From the NCBI GenBank assembly GCA_036012755.1, contig DASCPX010000190.1, forward strand, positions 1 to 64,000: a stretch of 64,000 bases of DNA, read 5' to 3'. This stretch comes from Myxococcota bacterium (lineage in GTDB: Bacteria > Myxococcota_A > UBA796 > CAJQPC01). The notes beneath the pieces were generated by a model. The model worked only from the letters and a program-made list of their open reading frames with translations. It was not told where the DNA came from and made no database searches. The number at the start of each line of letters is the position of its first letter. Position 1 is the stretch's first letter. A program made the position numbers and the translations under genes. Positions 1-9,284 of the stretch are shown piece after piece.

Positions 1-89
1 CGCTCTGCGAGCTCCGCGTACGTCCCCTCGCCGTCGTTGTACGCCTTCACCACGCGCTCTCGAAGCTCAACAGGTAGGGCTCTCGGCAC
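1..89 (-). CDS. IS630-family transposase, N-terminal part (truncated by window edge)
   Basis: Own translation VPRALPVELRERVVKAYNDGEGTYAELAE..., strong RBS; too short for the ORF track. Confidence 0.72.
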   Translation of the reverse strand, partial: MPRALPVELRERVVKAYNDGEGTYAELAE

Positions 90-154
90 ATCCACCTCCT
101 CCCTTCCGATCACACGCTCAGCCCACTCGATCAACTCTCGCGCGCGGCGCGATA
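1..154 (-). mobile_element. Left end of a putative IS630-family insertion sequence (continues beyond window start)
   Basis: Minus strand has AGGAGG then GTG at 89 reading VPRALPVELRERVVKAYNDGEGTYAELAE, typical of the N-terminal HTH of IS630 transposases; a TA at 153-154 is a candidate end/target site. Confidence 0.7.
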
Positions 155-206
155 TGCGGCGTGTGATTGAATGCTGGACCCATCGGGTCACAACAGGGGA
201 ATCGAC

Positions 207-2126
207 ATGCGCCGTTTCGAATTTCGTGATGGGTCTTCGGCCAAGTTCTGGGCCATCGAGGTCGACGGAACCACGATCACCACCCGCTGGGGTCGGATCG
301 GCACGGACGGCCAGACGAAATCGAAGGCGTTCGCCGACACGGCTGCCGCCGAGAAGGCCGCGGCAAAGCAGATCGCGGGAAAGGTGAAAAAGGGCTATGC
401 CGAGATCGCACAGGCCAAACCGACAGCGCCCTCTGCCGCCGCCGAACCCACGAAGCCATCGCCTCCCGAAGAGCCAAAGAAACCGTCTGACACGACCAAG
501 CAGATGCTCCGGATCTGTGACCTGCACATCAGCCAGTCTCCAGGGCGGGATCGATGTCAGGCGATCCGAGACCTGGTCGAGGCGGGCGCCGACATACAGG
601 GTCGCGGCTACCAGGACCACACCCCGCTGCTCTCGATCATGAAGCTGTCCTCGGAGCCGGCAGACCTGGCGTCCGCTCGCTTCCTCCTCGAGCGCGGCGC
701 CGATGTCCGTGCCGTCAACGAGTCTGGGGACGGGGTGCTGCAGCTGCTCGTGACCACGGCCAGGTCCACATTCGACGAGTCGCAAGCCGAGCTCTTCGAA
801 ACCCTGGTCGCGGCAGGCGCCGAGCGTGGCCCCTCGCACCGCCATCGCGGTCGTCCTCTGATCCTGTGTGCCGCCTTCCAGGCGGGGCCCAGGATGCTCC
901 AGGCCTTGATTGCGGCGGGCATCGATCCCATGGCCACCGATGAGAGAGGGTACACCGCACTCCACTGGGCAGCCATGAGCGACCACGTGGTGTCGGCCCA
1001 GTTCTTTCTGGACCTGGGCGTCGATCCGAACGCCCGGGACAACGAGGACAAGACCGCTCTCGACACCGCGAGAGCGAAGAAGAGCAAGAAGGTCCGCGAC
1101 CTGCTCAAACCCCTCACGGCGAAGAAAGCCAAAGTGAAGAAGGCGCCAGAACCGAGTGCCGCCCCCTCCGAATCGGCCCCAGCAGTCGCGGGTGCCACCC
1201 GTCGCTTCGAGTTCACCGATGGGGGCGCGTCGAAGTTTTGGGAGATCGGCGCGTCTGGCAGCGCGGTGACCACACACTGGGGTCGCATCGACACGGCCGG
1301 ACAGTCCAAGACCAAGGATCTTGGAAGTGCCGAAGCCGCCGAGAAGCACACAGCAAAGCAGATCGCCGGGAAGGTGAAGAAGGGCTACGCGGAGTGCAGA
1401 CCCGCAGAAGGCGAGGCGGCGGAGTCCGAGAGCACACCGGTCGACCCCGCTCGCCTGGCCGCCGCGCTCAAAGAGAACACCATCACCCCCGACTCGGCTG
1501 TCGGCGGTCTGCTGAACCCCGTCCCAGAGACCTGGAAGGAGGTGTTCCACTTCGTCGAGGGCAATCTCGACCCCTGGGGTGTCGAGAGCCTGGTGCAGGT
1601 CTGCATCGACAGCATCGACGCGGGCACACCCCGCCGGCTCGACGGGGACCAGGTCATCAAAGCCCCCTTCTTCCACCACGGCGACCTCGTGGTCAAGGGG
1701 CACCTCGACATCCACTCCACCTTCGTGGTGATCGGATCGGTCACGGTCGAGGGCTGTGTGGCCGACGCCGGTCCCGGAGACTCCCACGTCATCGTCACCG
1801 GCGACCTCGGTGCGCGCGCCGTGTGGACCTGTGGTGATTTCCACGTCCACGGCACCCTCACCGCCGAGGTGGTCTACGGGCACTACAACGACGGTACGCT
1901 GGGAGGCGGGACGATTCGGGCTCGGCTGGTCATCGAGGACGATCACCTGGTCGAAGCGTCCGTAGAGGCCGACCATCATTTCGAGAGCGACGAGTATGGA
2001 GCCGACGTCGCAGACGAGATCGCGGCGTTGCTGGTGCCCGAGGTCTGTGACCCGGATGAAGGGGTCGATTCTGGAGCGCTCTTCGCGCACTTGCGGGCCG
2101 GGAAGCCGGTCTTCCTCTATGGCTGA
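207..2126 (+). CDS. WGR-ankyrin repeat-WGR-beta-helix (bactofilin-like) multidomain protein
   Basis: Two WGR domains (RRFEF..G.S.KFW.I...WGRI...KVKKGY), ankyrin motifs (HTPLL, GYTALHWAA, DKTALD), C-terminal GDL.V.G repeats. Confidence 0.85.
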   Translation: MRRFEFRDGSSAKFWAIEVDGTTITTRWGRIGTDGQTKSKAFADTAAAEKAAAKQIAGKVKKGYAEIAQAKPTAPSAAAEPTKPSPPEEPKKPSDTTKQMLRICDLHISQSPGRDRCQAIRDLVEAGADIQGRGYQDHTPLLSIMKLSSEPADLASARFLLERGADVRAVNESGDGVLQLLVTTARSTFDESQAELFETLVAAGAERGPSHRHRGRPLILCAAFQAGPRMLQALIAAGIDPMATDERGYTALHWAAMSDHVVSAQFFLDLGVDPNARDNEDKTALDTARAKKSKKVRDLLKPLTAKKAKVKKAPEPSAAPSESAPAVAGATRRFEFTDGGASKFWEIGASGSAVTTHWGRIDTAGQSKTKDLGSAEAAEKHTAKQIAGKVKKGYAECRPAEGEAAESESTPVDPARLAAALKENTITPDSAVGGLLNPVPETWKEVFHFVEGNLDPWGVESLVQVCIDSIDAGTPRRLDGDQVIKAPFFHHGDLVVKGHLDIHSTFVVIGSVTVEGCVADAGPGDSHVIVTGDLGARAVWTCGDFHVHGTLTAEVVYGHYNDGTLGGGTIRARLVIEDDHLVEASVEADHHFESDEYGADVADEIAALLVPEVCDPDEGVDSGALFAHLRAGKPVFLYG

Positions 2127-2559
2127 GGAGGTGGCATGAGCATCGACCCATTCGCCGTGACCGCCCTCTTCGAGCGCTTCTCGGTGTTTCTCGACCTCGT
2201 ACGGCCACTGAGGGCGGGCTGCCTGTACACGCGGGACCCGCTTGTACGGCTCACGGGCTGTTAGTCCTTCCTATCCCCGGCGGGGGCTGCAGACCGACAA
2301 GTACAGCTTCTTCGAGTGCCTGGGGCGCAAAGCGAACGAAGTGTTGGAGGTGCGGCCGCGAGCGAGTGAGCGTGTGCTGATGGGGGCGATGTGGTGCGCA
2401 GCGGCGGACATCGTCAGCTTCTGTGGGTGGGAGCGGGGCGACGAATGAGCGAGCTCAATCAGAAAGTTTGGTAGTCAGGCGAAAACCCGTTTTACCAATG
2501 GGTTGCAGGGAGAGAAACCCCGCACGACCACGACGCCGCGCCTGCGGCGAGGAGGACCC

Positions 2560-2997
2560 ATGTGCCTGAACGACCAACGATACGAAGACCCCTACGACGA
2601 GGAAGGCGTGTACCGAGACCCCTTCGAGCCCTTCCCCTACGACCTCCGCTGGGAGGAAAAAGGCCGGAAGCCGATCCTCGGCTTGAAGGCCTTCGGCCCG
2701 GTGACCCGCGAGGATCTCACCCCACACAACGGCGAGCAGGGGATCGAGAAGGCCTTGTGGAAGCTCCTGTTCCGGGAACGCCGGCGGAAGCGGGGCTGGT
2801 CACTGCTGTGGCGGGGCCCAGAGGGCCGCGCCGGGCGCTGCACCGAGATCCGCCTCCGCTTCACCGACGACGAGGGCGGTGCCCGAGTGCAGGAGATCCT
2901 GACCGAATCCCTGAAGGGGCTGGGCTTCATGGTCACACCGCTGCGCCCCGCCCCCGTAGACCACGAGTGGTATCGCCCGGCCGAGCGGATCGCATGA
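2560..2997 (+). CDS. hypothetical protein
   Basis: GGAGGA RBS before ATG 2560; ATGA overlap with next ORF. Confidence 0.55.
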   Translation: MCLNDQRYEDPYDEEGVYRDPFEPFPYDLRWEEKGRKPILGLKAFGPVTREDLTPHNGEQGIEKALWKLLFRERRRKRGWSLLWRGPEGRAGRCTEIRLRFTDDEGGARVQEILTESLKGLGFMVTPLRPAPVDHEWYRPAERIA

Positions 2998-3257
2998 GCG
3001 GCGACACGTGGAAGACGCGACCGGGATTCCCACCCGCCGACCTGGATGAGGCCGAGAAGCGCCTCGAGGTGCTGCTACCGGCGCTCCAACGGAGGATCTG
3101 GCCTCCCATGACCTACATGCTCATCCCGAGCCTCCTGGGTTCGGCGGATCGGCTGCTGGCCTGGCTCGAGGGCTACGCGGGGCCCGAGCCGGAGCGTGCG
3201 GAGACGTTGGTGACGGTGCTGGCCGAGCAGCGACGGAGGTTCAAACGGAAGGTGTGA
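2994..3257 (+). CDS. hypothetical protein
   Basis: ATG 2994 coupled to upstream stop; MSGDTWKTRPGF..., helical-looking. Confidence 0.5.
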   Translation: MSGDTWKTRPGFPPADLDEAEKRLEVLLPALQRRIWPPMTYMLIPSLLGSADRLLAWLEGYAGPEPERAETLVTVLAEQRRRFKRKV

Positions 3258-3287
3258 CCAGAGTCCCTCCGACGCCACCCGAACGAC

Positions 3288-3304
3288 TGGTCAGAGACTG
3301 ACCA
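3288..3304. promoter_or_regulatory. perfect inverted repeat TGGTCAG-aga-CTGACCA, candidate operator
   Basis: 7-bp arms with 3-bp spacer in the gap upstream of ORF 3341. Confidence 0.3.
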
Positions 3305-3340
3305 ATCACCCCCATAGGATGGAAGCCTCGGAGGTGACCC

Positions 3341-3748
3341 ATGTCCAGCAGCAACATCGCCTGGCTTCAGGCCCTGGCCGCACTCACTGCCGAGGGTCTC
3401 GAGCCCGCTGGAGCACAGACACTTTGCGCCGAAATCGAGGGCCTGGAGCGCAGCCGCACACTCCGCCGCAGTCCCGGCTTCCGGCTGATGCGCCAAGCCT
3501 GTGACGGCAAGCCCGGCAGCCCCCAGGCCTGGCTGCTGCGCTACACCATGGGACGCGCTCTCACCGCCCTGGCCAATCCCGAGCACAAGCCCGTCTTCAC
3601 CCTCCATGCCGCCTGCACCCTGCTCGCTGAACGCACGGGGCCAGCCCTCGTGGTGCTCGCCGCAGCAGACTCCGCCCCCCCTCGCAGGTGGCCTGCTGAT
3701 GGCCGACGCCGATGGCGGGCTCGCGCCGTCGCGGAGTGTCTCGAGTGA
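3341..3748 (+). CDS. hypothetical protein
   Basis: GGAGGT RBS, ATG 3341, GTGA overlap with next gene. Confidence 0.45.
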   Translation: MSSSNIAWLQALAALTAEGLEPAGAQTLCAEIEGLERSRTLRRSPGFRLMRQACDGKPGSPQAWLLRYTMGRALTALANPEHKPVFTLHAACTLLAERTGPALVVLAAADSAPPRRWPADGRRRWRARAVAECLE

Positions 3749-5523
3749 GCCGCAGTCGCGCCATCCACCTGCTCGCGGTCGCGGTCTACGTCGTGATCGG
3801 CATCGTGACCGTCAGCGGAGGGCTGCTCGGAGGTCCCGACGTCATCGTCGGTGACCTCAAGCACCACGCCTTCGAGGCCGCCTGGTTCCACGCCGCGGTG
3901 CACGAGGCCCTCACCACCTGGCCTCCCTCGTACCAGACTCAGTTGATCCTCCAGCCGGAGCCCTTCGACGTGCTGGGGGCGATCCCGGACATCGGGAACC
4001 AGACCCTCGCTGTTCCGCTGGTGGCGCTCGTCGGGCCGCTTCAGGCCTTCGACATCGTCCAGGTCATCAAGGTAGCGGCGGCTGGGCTGGCAACCTACTC
4101 CCTGTCCTTCGTCCTGACACGACGCCACGTCCCGTCACTCGCCGCGGGGGCGCTCTTCGCGGCGGCCTCGCCGATCTGGTTCGCGCTCAACTGGGGCGAA
4201 GACGACGTCGTGGCGATGTGGCTCCTGCCCGCCTACCTGGCGGTGTTGTTCCACGCCCTGGGCGAGGACGGGCCGCCGCGCTCTGCGGTGGCACCGGCGC
4301 TGGCGATCGCCGCCGTCGGCTACTTCAACAGCTACTACCTGGTCTTCGCGGCTACCAGCACCCTGGTGGTCGGCCTGACCTGCCTCCGAAGAGCCCGCGC
4401 CGAGCCAAGGGCCTGGCTGCGCTTTGGCGGCGTCTACGGCCTGGTCGCGGCGTTGGCCTATCTCCCTCGTCTGCTCGTGGGGGTCCGTCCGACCCGCATG
4501 GGTACGGTGGAGACCACCGCCCAGGTCATCTTCAGCGTAGAGGACCTCCTCCACCAGAGCCCCCTCTACGAGCCGACCAGCTCGCTGGACCTCGGGGGCT
4601 TCTTCTGGCCACCGCACCGCCCGCCCGGCGGAGAGGCTCTCATCTACGAGGGCTACCTCTACGTGGGGCTCGCGGCTCTGGGGCTCGCCGCGCTGGGGCT
4701 CTTCGTACAGAAGGCCCGGAGAGGCGGCCTGCTCCTCGTCGGCGCCACCGGCTTCGTCCTGGCATGTGGCGCCTACGTGCTCTGGGACGGCCAGACCGTC
4801 GGGCTGGGCCCCCTGGAGGTGATCCCCCTTCCCGGCGGCGTGCTCACGGCCATCGGTCCCGTGATGGACCGCATGATGCACCCCTACCGCTTCGTCATCC
4901 TGGGCTTCATCACCATCGCCGTGCTCGGTGGATCGGGCGCCGCGAAGCTAGCGGAGCTGACCCGCACACCCGCCTGGGTCCAGGCTGGCCTGGTGTTCTT
5001 GCTGACCGCCGGGGCCCTGGCGGAGCGGGTCTGGGCGACGCCGGAGATCGCCCTCGTGAAGAGCGCCGAGGTGCTGTCGGGAGACTGGCCCGACCGGCTC
5101 CCCGAGACCGAGCGACCCGGCATCCTGCACCTGCCCCTCCCCATGAACCGCAAGTCGCGCCACACCCTGACGGAGGGCTCCCGCTATCACATCGCGCTTC
5201 AGCTCCTGACCCACGGGCGACCGCTGTACATCCCCGCGAAGCTGCCCCTCGTGCAGCGAAGACTCTGGCCCGGCGAGTTGGAAGCGCAGCTGATGACCCT
5301 GGTCGAGGACGGAGTGGGTCTGGTAGTGCTCGACGGGTTCGTCGTGAGCCAGTGCATGGGCCTGGGCATACCGATGCCACCCGAGACCTTCCGCCAGCTC
5401 CCGATGGCCTCCGCGAACCTCGAGACCTGTGACCTCGAGATGATCCAGCTCGACCCGGTGGTCAGCGCCTGGATCCTCCCGGACAGGCCCGCGTGCGAGG
5501 GGGCCGAGGCGCCGCCTCGCTGA
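3745..5523 (+). CDS. polytopic membrane protein, GT-C/YfhO-like
   Basis: Many TM segments, YLYVG and HPYRF motifs, C-terminal periplasmic domain (ILHLP...LTHGRP). Confidence 0.6.
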   Translation: MSRSRAIHLLAVAVYVVIGIVTVSGGLLGGPDVIVGDLKHHAFEAAWFHAAVHEALTTWPPSYQTQLILQPEPFDVLGAIPDIGNQTLAVPLVALVGPLQAFDIVQVIKVAAAGLATYSLSFVLTRRHVPSLAAGALFAAASPIWFALNWGEDDVVAMWLLPAYLAVLFHALGEDGPPRSAVAPALAIAAVGYFNSYYLVFAATSTLVVGLTCLRRARAEPRAWLRFGGVYGLVAALAYLPRLLVGVRPTRMGTVETTAQVIFSVEDLLHQSPLYEPTSSLDLGGFFWPPHRPPGGEALIYEGYLYVGLAALGLAALGLFVQKARRGGLLLVGATGFVLACGAYVLWDGQTVGLGPLEVIPLPGGVLTAIGPVMDRMMHPYRFVILGFITIAVLGGSGAAKLAELTRTPAWVQAGLVFLLTAGALAERVWATPEIALVKSAEVLSGDWPDRLPETERPGILHLPLPMNRKSRHTLTEGSRYHIALQLLTHGRPLYIPAKLPLVQRRLWPGELEAQLMTLVEDGVGLVVLDGFVVSQCMGLGIPMPPETFRQLPMASANLETCDLEMIQLDPVVSAWILPDRPACEGAEAPPR

Positions 5524-5595
5524 GACTGCACGCCCGTGAGAAGAAAGGCCGTGACAAGCACCGCGCCTGTCGCTCCTCCATGTCCGGAGGAACGA

Positions 5596-5919
5596 ATGCT
5601 CATCGTGCTCACGCTCACCACAGGCTGCCGATCGCTCAGATCCGAGACCGAGGTCTCCACCTTCGAGGAGAACGAGCCCTTCGATCGCGTCCAGATCGAG
5701 ATCGACCTCGAGCTCACCGGCGACCCCGAGCGGATCGAGCTCACCACGACCAAGGGCGACATCGAGCTGCGCGTGCCACCTGGCGCCTACAGCATCCACG
5801 CCGAAAGCGAGACGGGTGATGTGGACATCGACGCCGGAGATCTCACGGACGACTCCGCCTCCGACAAGGTGATCACGACCCGAACCGACTCCGGCGACAT
5901 CCGCCTCGAAGGGGGGTAG
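5596..5919 (+). CDS. short DUF4097/adhesin-like lipoprotein, possibly internally deleted
   Basis: MLIVLTLTTGC lipobox, TTKGDIELRVP / SETGDVDI / TDSGDIRL repeats; unusually short. Confidence 0.6.
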   Translation: MLIVLTLTTGCRSLRSETEVSTFEENEPFDRVQIEIDLELTGDPERIELTTTKGDIELRVPPGAYSIHAESETGDVDIDAGDLTDDSASDKVITTRTDSGDIRLEGG

Positions 5920-6006
5920 TGAATCGGTACCGTCCTTCGAAGCGGCGCGGCGTCGAGGAACCGGCTCGGTGCTGCGACCGCTCCGGCTCGCCGTGAGCGA
6001 CAGGAT

Positions 6007-6156
6007 GTTGCGTATCTGCCTGGGTTCTCAGGAACCCTCGGCGATGTGCAACAAGACGTTGCGTATCTGCCTGGGTTCTCAGGAACCCTCGACGATGTGC
6101 AACAAGACGTTGCGTATCTGCCTGGGTTCTCAGGAACCCTCGGCGATGTGCAACAA
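6007..6156. repeat. 3 x 51-bp tandem palindromic repeat (REP/BIME-like)
   Basis: Unit GTTGCGTATCTGCCTGGGTTCTCAGGAACCCTCGGCGATGTGCAACAAGAC at 6007, 6058, 6109; each unit folds as a hairpin. Confidence 0.95.
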
Positions 6157-6291
6157 ACCCGCCCAGAGACCGCGCTCATAGCGTGGGGTCGTTCGCCGCG
6201 GACGGTGATGCACGTCGAGGACGTGATGGTGTGGTCCTGGCCGGACAGGGCAGTGGTCGTGGGTCCGACCACGGTGGGGGGTCGGGCTCAT

Positions 6292-7134
6292 CTAGCGCCT
6301 CATCACCTCCGGGCACCCCGGCCGACGCAGCTGTCGCTCGAGGTACTCCTGGAGCCTGGGGAAGCCCTCCAGCAGGTCGTTCCAGGTCGACCAGAACAGG
6401 GTGTGGGCGATCACGATGTCTGCCACCGTGAAGGCCCCGCCGACTACGAACTCCCCCAGCCCGGCCTGGAGGATCCCAGCGGCCTCCCGGAAGTCGGCCA
6501 TCGCCCTGGGGATGTCCTCTTCGACGCGCTGCTCCTCCGGCAGCAGCAGCTTGTTCCTCCGGATCCGCCACAGGGGCGCGTCCAGCTCTGTGGCGCAGAA
6601 GAACATCCAGCGGTCGTGGACTCCTCGCTCGGGGCTGCCCGGGGCGGGGATCAGGCGGCGCTCGCGATCCGCCAGCCAGGTGCAGATGGCGAAGGACTCG
6701 GTGAGGACAACATCGCCGTGCACCAGCACCGGGACCCGACCCATGGGATTGAGCGGAAGGTCCGCCCACTCGAGGGTCGCCTCGTCTCCCCAGGGCTTCA
6801 CGCACCGCGCCGCCAGGAGCGTCGCCCCCGCCGCCTCGATCCGGGCGATGGCCCCGTCGAGGTCGCTGCAGTGGAGGTAGACCTCCGTGGCGGTTGTTGC
6901 CCCCGCCGTCGACTCCGCGGAAGGCCTACCGGTGTTCTTCGCGAAGCCCTCTCGCTGTTAGAGCCCCAGACCCCTGCCATCCGGGAGGCCGAGCTCGACG
7001 TAGACAGGAGTCTCCACCCGCGCAGGCCAGCCCAGACCGGCCCGGTAGAACTCGACGCTGCGAGCGAGGTCTCTCACCGCCAGGATGGTCAGGACGTGGC
7101 GAGGAAGGCTCGGCACGGGCAGCTTCACGGACAT
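6292..7134 (-). pseudogene. VOC/glyoxalase gene with premature TAA, fused in frame to an N-terminally truncated glutathione S-transferase
   Basis: ILAVRDLARSVEFY...GLGL*QREGF...KPWGDE (VOC; TAA 6958-6960) runs directly into LNPMGRVPVL..LTESFAI..FTVADI (GST). Confidence 0.8.
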
Positions 7135-7334
7135 ATCGTTCTCTCCGGCGCGAGTTCCGACACAGTCGGGGCTGCGTCGGGGTGAACGACGGCACGCGCA
7201 GCGGGCCGCCGGGGGGAGGGCCGTAGGCCCGGGGGGCAGGGCCCCCCTGGAGGGAAACGAGTGCCCCAGCACCGCGCCGCGGCGCGCGCCGAAGGCGCCG
7301 GTGGAAGGCGCGTCGCGACTTCTGCCGAGGGGCA

Positions 7335-7562
7335 CTAGCCGCAGCCGCAGCCGCCCCCAAGGCCGCCGACCCCTCCGAGCGAGCCCTCTCGGACATCCAT
7401 GACGTGGCCACGGAAGGCCTCGTCCATCGTGGGGGTCATGTCCATTGCCGGGTGGCTCAGGACTCCACGCTCCCAGGGCTTGACCGCAGCGCAGCCAGTG
7501 AGCCCGCCGAGGATGAGACCCAAGGCGAGCAGGCGGAGGACAGTGGCGCTCGACGTGCTCAT
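7335..7562 (-). CDS. DUF4266 family small lipoprotein
   Basis: LTGC lipobox, VKPWERG.L, C-terminal GGGCGC. Confidence 0.9.
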   Translation of the reverse strand: MSTSSATVLRLLALGLILGGLTGCAAVKPWERGVLSHPAMDMTPTMDEAFRGHVMDVREGSLGGVGGLGGGCGCG

Positions 7563-7595
7563 GAGGTCAGACTATCAGGACTCGGAGGTCCCGGC

Positions 7596-8096
7596 ATGAC
7601 AGCCCTGATCGCCCTCGCCTGCACCGCCGGGAGCCACGGCCCCGCCACGACAGAGGGGTCCCCCCAAGTGGCGCCGGGCGAGGTCCTGCCGACGCTCGAG
7701 CTGCACGATCTCGAGGGACGACCGCGCTCGCTGGCCGAGTTCGAGGGCGAGGTGCTCCTGGTCGACTTCTGGGCGACGTGGTGCGCACCCTGCGCGCTGT
7801 CCCTGCCGATCTACGACGGCTGGCAGCAACAGTACGGCGACGCCGGCCTGCAGATCCTGGCCGTGAGCGTGGACACCGCGAACGCGCCGGTGGCCCCCTT
7901 CGCCGAGGACCACGCCCCCAACCTCCTGGTCCTGCGCGACCCGGAGGGCACCGCGGCGACGAAGCTGGATCTCCCCGGCATGCCGACAGCCTTCCTGCTG
8001 GACCGCGAAGGCAAGCTGGCCGGCTACCACGTGGGCTTCGCAGAGGGAGAACAGCAGCAGGTCCTCGCCCAGCTCCTGCCGTTGTTGGAGGACTGA
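7596..8096 (+). CDS. TlpA/ResA-family thiol-disulfide oxidoreductase lipoprotein
   Basis: LVDFWATWCAPC, cis-Pro GMPT, GGAGG RBS. Confidence 0.92.
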   Translation: MTALIALACTAGSHGPATTEGSPQVAPGEVLPTLELHDLEGRPRSLAEFEGEVLLVDFWATWCAPCALSLPIYDGWQQQYGDAGLQILAVSVDTANAPVAPFAEDHAPNLLVLRDPEGTAATKLDLPGMPTAFLLDREGKLAGYHVGFAEGEQQQVLAQLLPLLED

Positions 8097-8794
8097 TGCT
8101 GGCTCTGCTGCTGTCTGGCTGCGTCGGCAGCGGTGAGATCCCTGCCCGGGTCAGCGGCCAGATCGTCGACGAGTACGAAGCCCCCCTCGGCCCTGGGCTC
8201 GTCATGATCGAGTTCGGACCGGTCCACGACGGTGCCTACCAGCTGGGAGCCCTGATCGACGATGACGGTCGCTTCACGGTGGATCTGCCCAGCGGCGGGA
8301 CCTGGGGCCTCCACCTCTTCACCGACGGCTACCAGTACCTGCCCGCCGAGATCACCATCGAGGACCACCAGCAGGTCATCCTCACGAGCATGATGATCTC
8401 CTGGGGGGTCTGGATGGACCTCACCGGCGAGCCCTCCTGGCCCACCCAGCCCACCGACGCGACGCTGGTCCGCATGCCGGTGGACGAGACCATCGACGAC
8501 AACCCGGTCATGGACGAGGTCTCGGTCGAGGACGCCGGCGACGGCTACCTGGAGCTCACGGCCGATGTCTGGGACCCGGACGAGGACCTCTCTCGCATGG
8601 TCCTCGCCTACGACAGCGCTACGGGGACCGGCTACGCGCTGAACCCGCCAGAGGCCCCGGACACCAAGGGCAACTACCCCGACGGCACCTACAGCACCCT
8701 CGCGATCGAGGACAGCGAGCTGGGGGACGGCCCCTGGTACTTCGTCGTGTCCGACAACATGTGCAACGACACGGACATCTGGATCCTGCCCTGA
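8096..8794 (+). CDS. lipoprotein with carboxypeptidase-regulatory-like (Ig/transthyretin-like) domain
   Basis: TGATG coupling; MLALLLSGC; VSGQIVD...DDDGRFTV. Confidence 0.65.
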   Translation: MLALLLSGCVGSGEIPARVSGQIVDEYEAPLGPGLVMIEFGPVHDGAYQLGALIDDDGRFTVDLPSGGTWGLHLFTDGYQYLPAEITIEDHQQVILTSMMISWGVWMDLTGEPSWPTQPTDATLVRMPVDETIDDNPVMDEVSVEDAGDGYLELTADVWDPDEDLSRMVLAYDSATGTGYALNPPEAPDTKGNYPDGTYSTLAIEDSELGDGPWYFVVSDNMCNDTDIWILP

Positions 8795-8795
8795 G

Positions 8796-9284
8796 CTACT
8801 CGACCAGGACCAGCTCCACAGAGGACTCCAGCTCGCGCCCGCAGCCGTCGACCACAACGCCGACGATCTCGATCGGCCGATCTGTCATCACTCCGATCTC
8901 GGCCGCGGTGATGATCGAGCGCAGGCCCAGGAACTCGACGTAGTCCTCTTCCTCGACCGAGGGGACCATCGTGACCACGGTGCCACCGAAGATCTCGCCG
9001 TCGTCCAGCATCGCGACGCTCAGATCGCTGCCGAAGCCGCCCGCGAGGGGCTCCTCCATGCCCCACACCTGGAGGCTGATGGTGACCATGTGCTGGCCCT
9101 GGGGGCCAAACGACACCAACAGATCGTCACCGTCAGTCAGCTCCTGGAACCCAGAGCCCAGGTTCCCCGAGCCGACCACCGCCTCTCCAGGCTCCGGATC
9201 GCGGCAGGGCAGCGGCTCCACATCCGGCGTCGGCCGACAGGAGCAGAGCACGGCCAGGCCGAGCGCAGCCAGGAGCAGCCTCAC
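8796..9284 (-). CDS. hypothetical lipoprotein
   Basis: GTGA-coupled start, VRLLLAALGLAVLCSC; GPQGQH motif. Confidence 0.65.
   Translation of the reverse strand: MRLLLAALGLAVLCSCRPTPDVEPLPCRDPEPGEAVVGSGNLGSGFQELTDGDDLLVSFGPQGQHMVTISLQVWGMEEPLAGGFGSDLSVAMLDDGEIFGGTVVTMVPSVEEEDYVEFLGLRSIITAAEIGVMTDRPIEIVGVVVDGCGRELESSVELVLVE

Noticed and set aside
2455..2520. Riboswitch or ncRNA in the AT-richer gap
   Set aside because: Only a short TTGGTA/TACCAA inverted pair; no Rfam-type consensus recognised
6007..6156. CRISPR array
   Set aside because: Units are contiguous near-identical 51-mers with no unique spacers, and no cas genes are in the window
5787..7185. ORFs 5787-6272, 5969-6181 and 6046-7185 as repeat proteins
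   Set aside because: They are translations of the DNA repeat or antisense shadows of the VOC/GST pseudogene
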